Below are positions 1-11,949 of a stretch of DNA of 64,000 nucleotides, piece by piece. The notes below the pieces were generated by a model. The model saw only the letters and a program-made list of their open reading frames with translations. It had not been told where the DNA came from and ran no database searches. Every line of letters starts with the position of its first letter. The stretch's first letter is position 1. Made by a program: the position numbers and the translations under genes. This DNA comes from Octopus sinensis. Lineage: Eukaryota. The stretch lies in NCBI RefSeq assembly GCF_006345805.1, contig NC_042998.1:180606001-180670000 (forward strand), written 5' to 3'.

Positions 1-1159
1 TGATTATACAAACAACAAAATAACTTTGAGAAGCAGTCAGAAAGAAGCACACACACACACACCACGCACATACACATAGAAATACATACGTACACATATA
101 CATCCTTACGTGTGTTTGTTTGTGTGTGTCAGTTCGTGTATGTGAATGTGTGTGTTGTGTGTGGAAAGCGTTATTGAAACAGCTAAAGGAGATATGAATA
201 TTTCAAATACCACTAACATTGTTTTCAGTTATACACTTAATTATTTCATTTTGTTCGACTATTTTATACATGCGCGCGGCGTGCGTATTCGCACACACAT
301 ACACACACACATATAGTTCTTGAGTAGTCTTCAATCTTTCACAGATAATTATGAACTAGTTATATAATGTAGTGCTTTAATCAAACGACTGCTCATCTTC
401 ATTTACATAACTGTTCGTCATGCTTCCTAAATCTTCGATAAAATTCCGATTTTCTATTTTTGACAATTCCAATGGCATTTTCATCAATACTTTACCAATA
501 TCACCGCACTTGTTGCCACTCACGTCTCAGTATAGCCGTAAATTATAAAGTCAAGGCTGTTTCTTTTCTGGGAAGAAACTAGTTGCATGCATCAATGAGT
601 CATTCATGCATGAATGTTCATGCACGTAAATTCCATCAGTTATTATCTCCTTGTAGCACAACTATTCTTTAGGTTGCACGGCATTCAAGCCATCCTACAA
701 GATTTTAAGATATCGGCTTCATGTCAGTAAAACTCAGCGAAAGTAATCCGTAAGGAATTATGGGAAATGAAGATCAGGTTAGTTAGTTCTCAGAGAAATC
801 TGTTCAAAATGGATCGTGTAAAACTAACAGATGTACCGATGCTTTCTCTGCAATGCTGGTTTGCTAATCCTTACATGATATCTTTCAACGCGGTTCCAAA
901 TAATGATCACGGCTGCTTGCATGTCAGCAAAATCAGAGAAAATTGAATCAACAACGAAAGGCAGACGATAATGGCTCATGGGCTGATGGGAAATCATTCA
1001 TTGTTAAATAATTCGATTTCATTACTTTTCTTATTCTTTGGCTTCATATCGGTCAACAACAACAAAAAGAAGTCTAGGTAAAATAAATACCAAATTGCGA
1101 TGTGTATGATGGAGACTTGATTACTCTCGCACACAATCCTCCTCGGCATCTATCTCCTT

Positions 1160-1442
1160 ATATACAGACACACATACACACATACACACACGTGAGTGCA
1201 TACACATATGGACTCACGTTAGCGCATACACACGCACACACGTGAAAGCATACGCACACGCACACACGTGAGCACATACACACACATATTTTCTCTTCTC
1301 TATCAATCACACATACTCTCTCTAGTAACATACTCTTTCACATTCACGTACGTACTATACCAAACTCACATTCGCTTATACATACATACATATATACATA
1401 CATACATACAGACAGACAGACATACATACATACATATATATA

Positions 1443-1497
<55 letters not shown>
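1160..1497. repeat. Compound (CA)n/(TACA)n/(TA)n microsatellite
   Basis: Direct reading; accounts for ORF 1268..1507. Confidence 0.95.
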
Positions 1498-1498
<1 letters not shown>

Positions 1499-1904
1499 TT
1501 TCTATAATCTCACTAAGCTATTCTATCTTTTTTACCATTTATTTAGCTTCTTTCTATATTTCTTTTATTTTTTCTCTATAATGCTACATTATCTCACCAC
1601 ATCGATCTCACTGCCTTATTTGTTTTTTTCTTTTGCAACTCACACATACAATGAAATGTAGTTCATCTACATATGTCTCTCTCTTATATACCTCCACTGT
1701 CTCCTTCTCAAACGTTCTCTTTCGAGCCTTTATCTTACATTTTTTTGTCCCTCGTACTTTTACCTTTTTTGCAGTAGTTTTTTTTTTCTTTTCTTCAAAC
1801 AACAACTATTCATCATAAACATTCTCGTTCTCTTTGCAACCAGACTTTTTTTCTCCCTTCTGCGTTGTATATTTTTCCTCTCTATTCTTCCCCTCTTTTT
1901 TTTT

Positions 1905-2100
1905 TACTACTAGTGCTACTAATACTATTACTACTACTACTATTATTATTACTACTAATGATGATGATGATGACAATGATGATTGCGATCGTGATGGTGA
2001 TTGTGGTGTTGGCGGTGTTGACTACGTTAATGATGAAGGCGACGACAATGACGACGATATTGTTGATGTTAGTGCCGCTGTTATTTATGATAAAGATGAC
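1905..2100. repeat. Compound trinucleotide low-complexity tract (TAC/TAT/GAT/GAC)
   Basis: Direct reading; accounts for poly-T, poly-D and poly-L/M ORFs in three frames. Confidence 0.9.
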
Positions 2101-2596
2101 GTTGATAACACTATGTTTACACAACCTGACTGTGGACGGTAAAAGAGGGATCAATATTCTACTATCTAATGTATCTATTAAATCTAATTATTCTATAAAT
2201 GCTGCAGTACCACTAATAAAAACTATGGATTAAAGTTTAGTATGAAAAATAAACACTATTGACGCCTCAGTAATTTGCTTAAGAAATGCAACCGCGTGTT
2301 ATATATTCAAATGAGTTTATTTAATTATAAACTTAATAACAGTGGCTTTAAACACAATTTCACAGTCGTAGGTTAAGTTAAAGAGAAAAATAAGAGATTG
2401 CTAACGAAAATTAAAGGCGTATTTAGTAGATTATTGTTTCACCCTCTGCATTGAGTTTGTATAAAGATAAATATTTAATTAATTTATTGGGGAAATTTTC
2501 ATTTCATAAATGCAGTAACGGCTAAAATTATAGATTTACCCGTAGTGAATTTATGAATGAAAAGAAGCACTTCTGATATATTAAGAGCTCATAACG

Positions 2597-2883
2597 TATG
2601 TGTATGTATGTATGTATGTATGTATGTATGTATGTATGTATGTATGTATGTATGTATGTATGTGTGTGTGTATGTATGTATGTTTGTGTGTATGTATGTA
2701 TGTATGTAGGTAGGTATGTATGGTACGCACGCACACACGCACGCACGTACGTACGTACGTATGGATGGATGGATGGATGGATGGATGGATGGATGGATGG
2801 GTGGATGGATGGATGGACGGATGGATGGATGGATGGAAGGATGGATGGATGGATGGATGGGTGGATGGATGGATGGATGGATG
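2597..2883. repeat. (TATG)n followed by (ATGG)n microsatellite
   Basis: Direct reading. Confidence 0.95.
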
Positions 2884-3553
2884 GAAGTTTTGCTTCTAAA
2901 GCAAGTGGGGCCACTATTTATCTAAAGAACTCAAAACATTTTATACTCAGAAAAGATATTTTCAAAAAAATATTTTGCGAAATTCTGCAATATTCTTTCT
3001 ATGTAAATAAACTAAATAAGATTTTAAACAGGGAAAATGTATCAGATGATGAAACTAAGCGGTAAATACGGAAGTCACAAAATTTCATATTATGAAAAAA
3101 TTAAAATTTGAAGCAAAATCTCTCAGAGAATCAAACTAAACGAAGAGAATGGTGATGAAATGAAAGGAATATAAAGAGAGTGAGCGGACGGGAGAAAGAA
3201 AGAAACAATATAAGCAAGATAGACAGTGAGAAAGGGTGATCATAAGAACGTACTAGAGTTGAAACCGGTTTAAGTTAATATATGATCTGATTAAAATTAA
3301 TTAAAAGATATTCGACGAGAACAGATAGAAAGAATTACGCGAGACCAAACAGAAGGAAATGGATATGATAAAAAAGACTAATAAGTAAACTTTATGAGAT
3401 GAAATTTGGCAAATGAATAAGTAGCTACAAGGAATAGGTCTACTTACCTCTTCCCAACTAACGGCCCTTGGAGCTTACTTCCTAGGGGCCTCATAATACA
3501 AAGTTGTTTGCATCTTGTCTCATTAGGCTTCTTATCTACTCCTCTCCAAACAT

Positions 3554-3942
3554 TTTTATTTAAGCACTCCGTCGGTTACGACGACGAGGGTTCCGGTTGA
3601 TCCGAATCAACGGAACAGCCTGGTCGTGAAATTAACGCGTAAGTGGCTGAGCACTCCACAGACACGTGTACCCTTAACGTAGTTCTCGGGGATATTCAGC
3701 GTGACACAGAGAGTGACAAGGCCGGCCCTTTGAAATATAGGTACAACTGAAACAGGAAGTAAGAGTGAGAGAAAGTTGTGGTGAAAGAGTACAGCAGGGA
3801 TCACCACCATCCCCTGCCGGAGCCTCGTGGAGCTTTAGGTGTTTTCGCGCAATAAACACTCACAACGCCCGGTCTGGGAATCGAAACCGCGATCCTATGA
3901 CCGCGAGTCCGCTGCCCTAACCACTGGGCCATTGCGCCTCCA
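3554..3942 (-). mobile_element. tRNA-headed SINE family A with 3' module 1, full length
   Basis: Reverse complement starts TGGAGGCGCAATGGCCCAGTGGTTAGGGCAGCGGACTCGCGG (A-box) ... GGTTTCGATTCCC (B-box). 12-bp target-site duplication CTCTCCAAACAT at 3542-3553 and 3943-3954. Near-identical copy at 28711-29098. Confidence 0.92.
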
Positions 3943-4121
3943 CTCTCCAAACATATGCATATAATCTTAACTATAAGCAAATTATCTAAAGAAAACTTTT
4001 ACTCTCACTCTTACTTACTTTCTAACTTCCATAAATTGCCTGTTCTTGATTGTCACTATTATCTTTTATATACTTCACTCTTCTACCCTTCTACCCTTCT
4101 ACGTATACCCCATTTCTCTCT

Positions 4122-4352
4122 GGCGGCGAGCTGGCAGAAACGTTAGCGCGCCGGGCGAAATGTTTAGCGGTATTTCGTCTGTCGTTACGTTCTGAGTTCA
4201 AATTCCGCCGAGGTCGACTTTGCCTTTCATCCTTTCGGGGTCGATAAATAAAGTACCAGTTTCGCACTGGGGTCGATATAATCGACTTAACCCCTTTGTC
4301 TGTCCTTGTTTGTCCCCTCTACGTTTAGCCCCTTGTGGGGAGTAAAGAAATA
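4122..4352 (+). mobile_element. SINE family B, first half plus spacer of the dimeric form
   Basis: GGCGGCGAGCTGGCAGAAACGTTAGC head and TTCTGAGTTCAAATTCCGCCGAGGTCGACTTTGCC body; matches 7345, 41849 and 59661 copies. Confidence 0.9.
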
Positions 4353-4499
4353 TGTAATTCAATCTACATCATATTTTTATTACCTATACCCATTCGTTCG
4401 TTTTATAACAGTAAACTAACTTACCGATAAATTTCCATCCTTCTTGTAAGTCAATTTCACTGCCATCTATTGCACTCAAACACTTGATGTTCGGTGTGT

Positions 4500-4960
4500 T
4501 TGAACAGCCAATCCCAATCATTTGCGATTCACAATATGGAATGTACCATTCATCATTTCGATCGCTCAATACAAAACGCGGGATCTCCGTTCGGGTGATT
4601 TTCCTGAGTCACCATCACGCCCTTGTACGCTAATCTAACGCAAGATTACCCATTTGCAGGTGAGTTGCCTGGAGTAACGTGAAATGGAGTGTTTTGCTCA
4701 AGAACACAACGCGCACTATGTTTAAGAATTTTACTTCGTAATCTCGAGATTCGTTCCCACAGCGTAACATGGTAGGCATGTCACTTATATCTTATCCTCA
4801 CGTCGACACGACCCGAGTAGATGGAAACTGTTTGAAACTCGACAAATATTCTGTACCAGTAGTTCAAAACACCAGTCGTATCATACAATGTGTCAATGTG
4901 AACATTCCTGAGAACTATATTAAGATTATACATGTCTCTGGAATACTCAGTCACTTCAGA
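4500..4960. mobile_element. Degenerate family D SINE (minus, ~4500-4775) abutting a decayed 3' module 1 (plus, ~4790-4960)
   Basis: CATCATTTCGATCGCT.AATACA and TTTTCCTGAGTCA blocks shared with 8960-9245; TGCTCAAGAACACAAC CORE-like block; CCTGAGAACTATATTAAG resembles module 1. Confidence 0.6.
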
Positions 4961-5876
4961 CATTTATTTAAAGAGCAGGTCATCCTGTTGACTGAACAAC
5001 TGATCACACTTTGTCGAAATCAACACATGACCCATATGTGTTCATGTGTGTGTGTTTTCGTGTGCGGGTTTGTGTTTGTATATGTGTCCGTATTTTATTT
5101 GCTTTTGCTTACGTGTCCGTTAGTACCTGTGCAGCATGTATAAATTTACATACTTGATGTTCTAGTGTTTGTTCGTTCTTATACACTTCATGTATTAAGA
5201 AATTATATCCTCTTTTGTCTAAGAAATAAGATATATTTTGGAGCAGTTCTTTAGCAAATAATGGACCATATTTGTTGGAGTTTTTTTTTTGTTATTTCTA
5301 AGAATTTTTTGCTATATTTTTACATTACTAATAATGTCATATATTTAACTGGAGGCGCCTTGCAGATTTAGGAGACTAAAGAACTGCTCGAGATTATAAA
5401 CTTCAATGTCTAAAAAAAAATGCAACTTGAGTGAAAGATAAAACGTGTTATAAATGTTTAAACGGTTTTATTTAAACCGGATTACTGTCGTCTGAATTTT
5501 AACAAACTTTAGTCATTAAACAATAAAAACAATTTTTATCTTCTTGCAATCATGGCAAACAATCATAATGGTTATATTCATAAATTTCATACACGCATAT
5601 ATCATGTGCACGTCTGTAGGTAGAATGTAGCTTTCACAAGGACGTATGAAAACGTACACTTTAATGCGTAAACATGAATTATTCATGTATGTACACACAT
5701 GGCTAAAGATAATACAAGTGAACACAGCAATAGGAGACTTACAGGAAAAGTAATCTCACATATAGATGTGGGTATGTTATTCTTTATCAATATATAATAT
5801 ATATCATAAGTACACAGAGATATAATGAGGGAAAGACGTAAACATACACTTAATTGATTCTGAATGAGATACACGG

Positions 5877-6716
5877 TCTGAAAATTGGGGAATTTGATTA
5901 ATTGATATCATCGGTTCAACCACTTGAGGAATAAAAGATAAAGTTGACTTAGGGAGCATTTGTGCTCAGAACTTAAGGAGCCGAAAGAAATAAGGAGAAG
6001 CATTTTGCCAGATGCTCAAACGATTCCGTCAATTTATGCTTATTTGTTTCAAACTTTGCCTGAAGGCAAAATTAAGCAAAATGGGTTAGTTGTTTGTATC
6101 GACTACTTGATTGGTACATTATGTTATCAACCCTGAATGTATAATGAAGGCAAAGTTAACCTCGATGATGTTTGAACACAGGAAATGAAGAACCGGAAGA
6201 AACGACGTTAAATACTTTGTGCGGCTCTACAACGATTTTGCCAGCTCATTGCCTTGCACTTGTTAATAATGGCTTCAAACTTTGACACAAGGCCAGAAAC
6301 GTCGGGCGTGGGGTAAGTCGATTATATCTACTCCGTTGCTCAACTTGGCGGAATTTGAACTCAGAGCATTAAGAGAGACGATATGCCGCTAAGTATTTTG
6401 CCTGGTGTGCAAACGGTTCGGCCAGTTCGACGCTTTTTTTTCTGCTCGTTAATAATGAGAGATTTCAAACTTCAGCACAACAACGTACCTGTGGATAGTG
6501 TTTACTTTACATACCCCAGTCTGTAAAATTTTTAACCAATCGGCGGCAGGGACTAGTGGATTACATCGACCTCAGTTTTTCACTGGTAATTAATTTATCT
6601 ACCCCGAAAGGAGGAAAGGTAAAGTGGATGTCGGCGGAATTTGAACAAAGAACTTGAAGACAGGCGAAATGCTGTTAAGCATTTTGCTCGGCGTGCTAAC
6701 TATTCTACCCGATCGA
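5877..6716 (-). mobile_element. Head-to-tail array of four decayed family B SINE monomers
   Basis: Repeated GGCAAAGT(T/C)GAC..GGCGGAATTTGAAC.CAG..AAGCATTTTGC..AACGATT blocks at about 5877-6035, 6045-6258, 6270-6435 and 6520-6716. Confidence 0.75.
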
Positions 6717-6717
6717 C

Positions 6718-6900
6718 AATGATGATGATGATGATGATGATATTGATGATGATGATGATGATGATGATTTTGATGATGATGATGATGATGATTTTGATGA
6801 TGATTTTGATGATGATTTTGATGACGTGATTGATTTTGATGATGATGATGATGGCGTGGTTGATTTTGATGATGATGATGATTATGATGATGATGACGAT
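6718..6900. repeat. (ATG)n microsatellite with interspersed ATTTTG units
   Basis: Direct reading; accounts for poly-His and poly-Met ORFs. Confidence 0.95.
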
Positions 6901-6959
6901 TGAGACGCTGAGGCTGCAAAATTATGTTGTGCAACGTGAAGAAATATTACTATCGGCAT

Positions 6960-8362
6960 CTAGAGACAGCAAGATAATTCAAAGAAAGTAAGATAATTCA
7001 AGAACAGAAGGAAAATCAAGAGAGCAAGTAGATGAAAGGAAATGAATTTACATGACCAATTCATGTAACAAACCGAGTATGTTGAAATAGCAGACGCTGG
7101 CTATAGCAGACGGGCAAAATCCTTAAACGAAAGACCGAAGTGCTGATTATAATGTTTCAAGAACAAGTAAGTATGACGAATCTAATAAAAGCAAAGATCA
7201 ACAAAACTCAGTTAAACGGCAGATTTAGACTAATCGCTGGTAGGAACACCGCATTTCGTTTAGCAACCATAATATACTAACAAATATATGACACCCTTTT
7301 TTTCTGCTAGCGATATGGTTTAATTCAATATTGTTACAGCGCAAGGCGGCGAGCTGTCAGAAACGTTAGCACGCCGGGCGAAATGCTTAGCAGCATTTCG
7401 TCTGCCGCTACGTTCTGAGTTCAAATTCCGCCGAGGTCGACCTTGCCTTTCATCCTTTCGGGGTCGATAAATTAAGTACCAGTTACGTACTGGGGTCGAT
7501 ATAATCGACTTAATCATTTTGTCTGTCCTTGTTTGTCCTCTCTGTGTTTAGCCCCTTGTGGGTAGTAAAGAAATAGGTATTTCGTCTTTCTTTACGTTCT
7601 GAGTTCAAATTCTGCCAAGGTCGACTTTGCCTTTCATCCTTCCGGGGATCGATAAATTAAGTACCAGTTGCGTACTATGGTCGTTCTAATCGACTGATCC
7701 CCTCCCCCAAAATTTCGGGCCTTGTGCAAACATCTATTTAAACAAGCAACTATTTAAGCAGGCAACAATGTATGCGTAAAACAGTGCACGAGGATGCTGT
7801 CAGAGTGTGTAGCTTCCACAACAAAGAAAAACAGAGGAAAATATAAGAATACGAACCAGAGGTTGTGGCATAGAGTAATAATTAGAAGATCTTATGGGAC
7901 TTTCCCATAAGGACTGACTTCATTATAAAAAGAAGAAAACCAGATATGATTATAGAGAGCAACGTAAACAAACAGTATTAGATCCCATACTTTGCATTTC
8001 CCTAAGATAACAGAGTGGATACCAAAACAAATTTAAATTAAGAATTATCAGGACCTAGCGAGAGAGCTGAAGAGACTGTGGAAGACTAAGACAATAATTA
8101 TTCCTGCTGTCATTATTGGTGCACTTGGCACAACATCCAAACTGCTACCGAAAAGACTGAAAGAGATTAGAATTGAGTCTTTTATTGTCCACTTGAAAAT
8201 GCCATCCGGTATTCTGTAAAAATCCTAAAAAAAGATTATTGAGATTTGAGGAGACTCGTCCTTGCTAATTAAATTAGCATGCAATAGCTTAATAATGATG
8301 ATGATGACGACGACAATGACAACGACGACGATGACGATGATGATGATGATGATGATGATGAT
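6960..8362 (+). mobile_element. Dong/R4-type non-LTR retrotransposon, decayed C-terminal (REL endonuclease) region and tail, interrupted by a SINE
   Basis: Translated pieces KRKTEVLIIMFQEQ (~7120-7165), KILWDFPIRTDFIIKRRKPDMII (~7886-7954) and KNYQDLARELKRLWKTKTIIIPAVIIGALGT (~8040-8132) match recalled R4/Dong REL motifs; (ATG/ACG)n tract at 8293-8362. Confidence 0.85.
7345..7727 (+). mobile_element. SINE family B, full dimeric form, inserted in the Dong/R4 remnant
   Basis: Two internal copies of ATTTCGTC..TACGTTCTGAGTTCAAATT..GCC.AGGTCGAC.TTGCCTTTCATCCTT..GGGGTCGATAAATTAAGTACCAGTT separated by a spacer. Confidence 0.92.
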
Positions 8363-8959
8363 GAAAAGGATAATTTCTCTATTAGCTACAAATGGTCGAC
8401 AAAATATTGAAGACGTTACAGGGCTATTTATTGTGGTATTTCAATAAAAAAATGAACATATAAAAAATGGGATATTAAAATCAAAACAAAAAGAAAACAA
8501 TTTCAAAGAAAAATTCTTCCAAAGGGAGGAGAGACATCCGAGTGTTACACATGGAACCACTCATACCCGCACATAAATACACACGAACCATGAACACCTG
8601 AACCGCTAAAGCAAAGCTCCCTTGCCCAGCTATCCTCTCTAACATACACGTGCATATTCATAGGAGTCTAGCTCACTCGGAACATGCTCACCACTCACTT
8701 TTCTGTGAAGCATCACTTCCTTCTCCAGTCTCTATTTCCTTTTCATCTGAAACTTGAAAACGTTGATGCCAGCTTGACCATAGAAGGCATCTATCTCACA
8801 CCATTTAATGAAATTTAGCACGCAATATCTTTTACCGGAATGTGAAGAATTCAAACAACTTCGGCAAGGCAAATTTTCTTACCCTCAAATAATCCTACTG
8901 GATAGTTGCCTTAATTGTCTCTAGTTTAGGCAGAAACTTTTGGAGCTACGACATACTTG

Positions 8960-9245
8960 AACAATCAATCCCAACCTGGCACAATTCGCGGTACGGCTTG
9001 TACTATCATCATTTCGATCGCTGAATACAAAGCGGGTCACGAAACTTGTGCTCGGGCGATTTTCCTGAGTCATCATCTCACCCTTGTACGTCAATCTGTT
9101 GCAAGGTTACCTATTTCCAGGTGAGTGGACCAAAGCAACATGAAATGAAATATTTGCTTAAGAACACAACCTGCACTCTGTCTGTCAATCAAAACCACAA
9201 TTTCGCGGTATTATGTACAACATCCTAAACACTGTACCTCTACGA
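8960..9245 (-). mobile_element. Degenerate family D (CORE-like) SINE
   Basis: Homologous to 4500-4775; TGCTTAAGAACACAAC block and decayed tRNA-like head on the minus strand. Confidence 0.6.
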
Positions 9246-9892
9246 CCAGTAAAGTTTGGAGAAGAGTCTTTGTCGATACAATGAACTCCAGTCTTAGATG
9301 AAATGTTACTTATACCAACACCAAACTGATAAAAGGCGGAGCTGATTCCGACGCAATTAGAACTTAAATACTAGAGAATCAGAATAACGGCATTTTTTTT
9401 TTTACTTCCAAATCCCTAACAATTCACCCAATCCAAATACATGAAGTAAAAAATTGCAACAAGAGCGATTTTAGTATTAACGACTTTAACAATTCAACAG
9501 AAGCAATAACAGATTTTTTTTTTCAAGAAATAAATTATACGAAAACAACCACAAGAGCATAAACTACCGACAACAACAAAGATAACAATAATAATGAGAG
9601 ACATAAAAAAAAAAAAAAAATGATGATAAGACGACAAACGGAAACGAAAGAAAATAGAAAGTAAGTTGATGTCATTTTCTTTGTTTAAAACAAAAAAGAT
9701 CATTATAAACAGCATGCTACATATGTGTCTGTTTTCTGAAATTATATCATGAAAACAATGGGTAAATAAATAATATATAAGAAATAAAATAGAGAGAGAG
9801 AGAGAAAACCATTAAATATCGTCCAGGACATTCCAAGAAACATGAAGAGAAGATATAAGCTGCTGCTGTTGCTGATACTACAACTACTTTTA

Positions 9893-9937
9893 ATAGTAGT
9901 AGTAGTAGTAGTAGTAGTAGCAGTAGTAGTTGTTGCT

Positions 9938-9991
<54 letters not shown>

Positions 9992-10045
9992 AAAATATTG
10001 TCGTTGTTAACAATGGCATTATTATCATTATTATTATTATTATCA
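9893..10045. repeat. (TAG)n and (TTA)n microsatellites
   Basis: Direct reading; accounts for poly-V/T/L ORFs. Confidence 0.95.
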
Positions 10046-10285
10046 TTTCTTGAATTATTTAACAAAAGAACTTTTAAGATTTCGTTTCTATTGTGGTCTT
10101 TTTTTTTTCTTTATATCATTTCTTTATATTTTTGTATTTATTTTTATAGTCTTCTTTTAATATATTTAATTATTTCTTTCTTTCTTTTTTTCTTGGTTCG
10201 GATATTGTCTTACTCTAAATCAGTATGTATTATCTTCTTGTCTTATTTACCATTTCCAGATTCCTCAGATTCCTTGATTACTTAC

Positions 10286-10294
10286 AGCCGCCAT
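10286..10294 (-). other. Candidate first coding exon end (ATG GCG GCT | GTAAGT)
   Basis: Minus strand reads TTGGCGTC ATG GCG GCT gtaagtaatc: typical start context followed by a consensus donor. No downstream exon could be identified. Confidence 0.3.
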
Positions 10295-10417
10295 GACGCC
10301 AAGCTAAATGCTTACGCTAAGATTTTCGTGACTATTTAAACACTATTTGAGACACCAGAGTTTGTAAATTTCGAATTCGCAAGATAAACTTCGAATCATA
10401 AATAATTTCATTTATAG

Positions 10418-10852
10418 CCTCTAAAGGCGAAGGCTGGGTGGGCAGTGGCCGCTATCAGCTATACGAAGAAGTATACTGCAGTAATGAAGACTGTTTCAAC
10501 TACTACTGGCTTTGTATGTAGTCAAGTGAAATCACCGCATAACAATTTAACTAAGTGAAGAGACACCGTTTAAAAGCCATCCATTTATTCATTTCCTTGA
10601 CAAGTACAAGTTGATTAGTTTCCAGAAATGAGAGTTGATTGAACAAGCCTATAACGAGAAACTTTCCAACCAAAACCAACCCATGTTTTGTTTTCAGGCA
10701 TCGAGTGTCTAATACTATGTTACCTCAGACCAATGAAGTCTGAGATATCAAGTTTTCAGAAGCTAACGCGTGATTTGAAGGAATATAGTGATTGCTCTCA
10801 GCAGGATGATATGCCACATAGAGTGGAACTTGCGTTCTATGGATATGTATAA
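10418..10852 (+). other. Candidate pair of phase-compatible exons (10418-10513, 10698-10852) with a Cys-rich product
   Basis: TTCATTTATAG|...|GTATGT and TTTTGTTTTCAG| signals; the only open phase of exon 2 joins exon 1. No family recognised; exon 2 may be mariner-derived. Confidence 0.22.
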
Positions 10853-10939
10853 ATATAAATATGAATATAAGTAAATGAATAAATAAGTAAATATGAATAT
10901 ATACACACACACATCTATAGATATGGGAGTGGTGTGTCT

Positions 10940-11105
10940 CCAGGCATTGCTACCCGTGACTATTAGTTGTCCCTCAAGCTGAAGGAAAACTTTCAGGAGA
11001 ATTAAAGATATTAAGATGAAGGAATTTGTCACAAGGGTCCTGGGAACAGTCATTTTGAAGTACCTCCATAAGGCCTTCACGAAGTGTTTCGAGTGGCACA
11101 ATAAG
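10940..11105 (+). mobile_element. Mariner transposase C-terminal remnant
   Basis: PGIATRDY*LSLKLKENF resembles the SPDLAPxD motif; MKEFVTRVLGTVILKYLHKAFTKCFEWHNKRI resembles the mariner C-terminal helices. Confidence 0.65.
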
Positions 11106-11237
11106 CGCATTCTTTCTGTCAAGAAACGTAGGTTCGAAACATCAAAGAATTTTCCTATTCTTCCCGAGCGCCAACCTAATACGCCTGCTTGCTTTTCTCA
11201 TAACTCTTTTCGTCTTTTGTTTTCTGTAAATTTGAAT

Positions 11238-11245
<8 letters not shown>
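11105..11245 (+). mobile_element. Decayed 3' end of a (TA)n-flanked, possibly Penelope-like repeat
   Basis: Homologous to 47370-47490 (CGTA.G.TCGAAA, CC.GAGCG, CTAATAC, TTCGTCTTTTGT..TT..GTAAA); both run into (TA)n. Confidence 0.5.
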
Positions 11246-11283
<38 letters not shown>

Positions 11284-11285
<2 letters not shown>

Positions 11286-11663
11286 TTTTACTTGTCTCAG
11301 TTATTTGACTGCGGCCATGCTGTTCAATTCTTAGTGCAGTTAATCCCCTTTGATAGCAACAATGATATTGTTTTACTCTTTTCTCTTTTACTCTTTTACT
11401 TTTTTCAGTCATTTTGACTGCGGCCATGATAGAGGACCAGCTTTAGTCGAACAAGTCGGCCCCAGGGCTTGCTCTTTGTAAGCCTGGTACTTATTCTATT
11501 TGTCTCTTTTGCCGAGCCGCTAGTTTACGGGGACGTAAACACACCAGCCTCGGTTTTCAAGCGATGGTGGAGGGACAAACACAGACACACAAGCACACAG
11601 ACACAGACACAAACACACAGCCACACACACACATACATACACACACATACACACACACATGTA

Positions 11664-11715
<52 letters not shown>

Positions 11716-11851
11716 GACTGGTTTCTTTCATTTTCCGTCTACCAAATCCACTCTCAAGGCTTTAGCCGGAGTCTATAGTAGAAACCACTTGCCCAAGATG
11801 CCACGCAGTGGGACTGAAACCGGAATTATGTGGTTGGGAAGCAAGCTTCTT
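11284..11851 (-). mobile_element. SINE family C with internal (CA)/(TA) microsatellite and duplicated 3' tail
   Basis: TGACTGCGGCCATG tail present twice (~11284-11330 and ~11371-11430); GGGGACGTAAACACACCAGC body; CCACGCAGTGGGACTGAA head. Confidence 0.88.
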
Positions 11852-11949
11852 TATTTCCTTTAATTGGTCACAAGGGCCTTTCACAGAAAGAAAACTGCGC
11901 GCTGGACACACACACATAATGATATGAATGACAAATGTAATGGTAAAAA

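Noticed and set aside
330-1100. Non-microsatellite stretch with two similar CATGTCAG.AAAA.CAG motifs, possibly a decayed DNA transposon
   Set aside because: No convincing transposase motif or terminal repeat could be read.
3447-3980. Minus-strand open frame ending at a GAG|GTAAGT donor
   Set aside because: The putative exon is interrupted by an intact SINE and resembles no known protein.
4384-4569. Cys-containing 61-aa minus ORF with an internal GTAAGT donor
   Set aside because: Its 5' third overlaps a family D SINE module also present at 8960-9020, and there is no good acceptor.
5748-5880. Phase 0-0 minus-strand exon candidate (TVYLIQNQL..ITFP)
   Set aside because: Low-complexity AT-rich composition, acceptor lies in a SINE edge, no recognisable homology.
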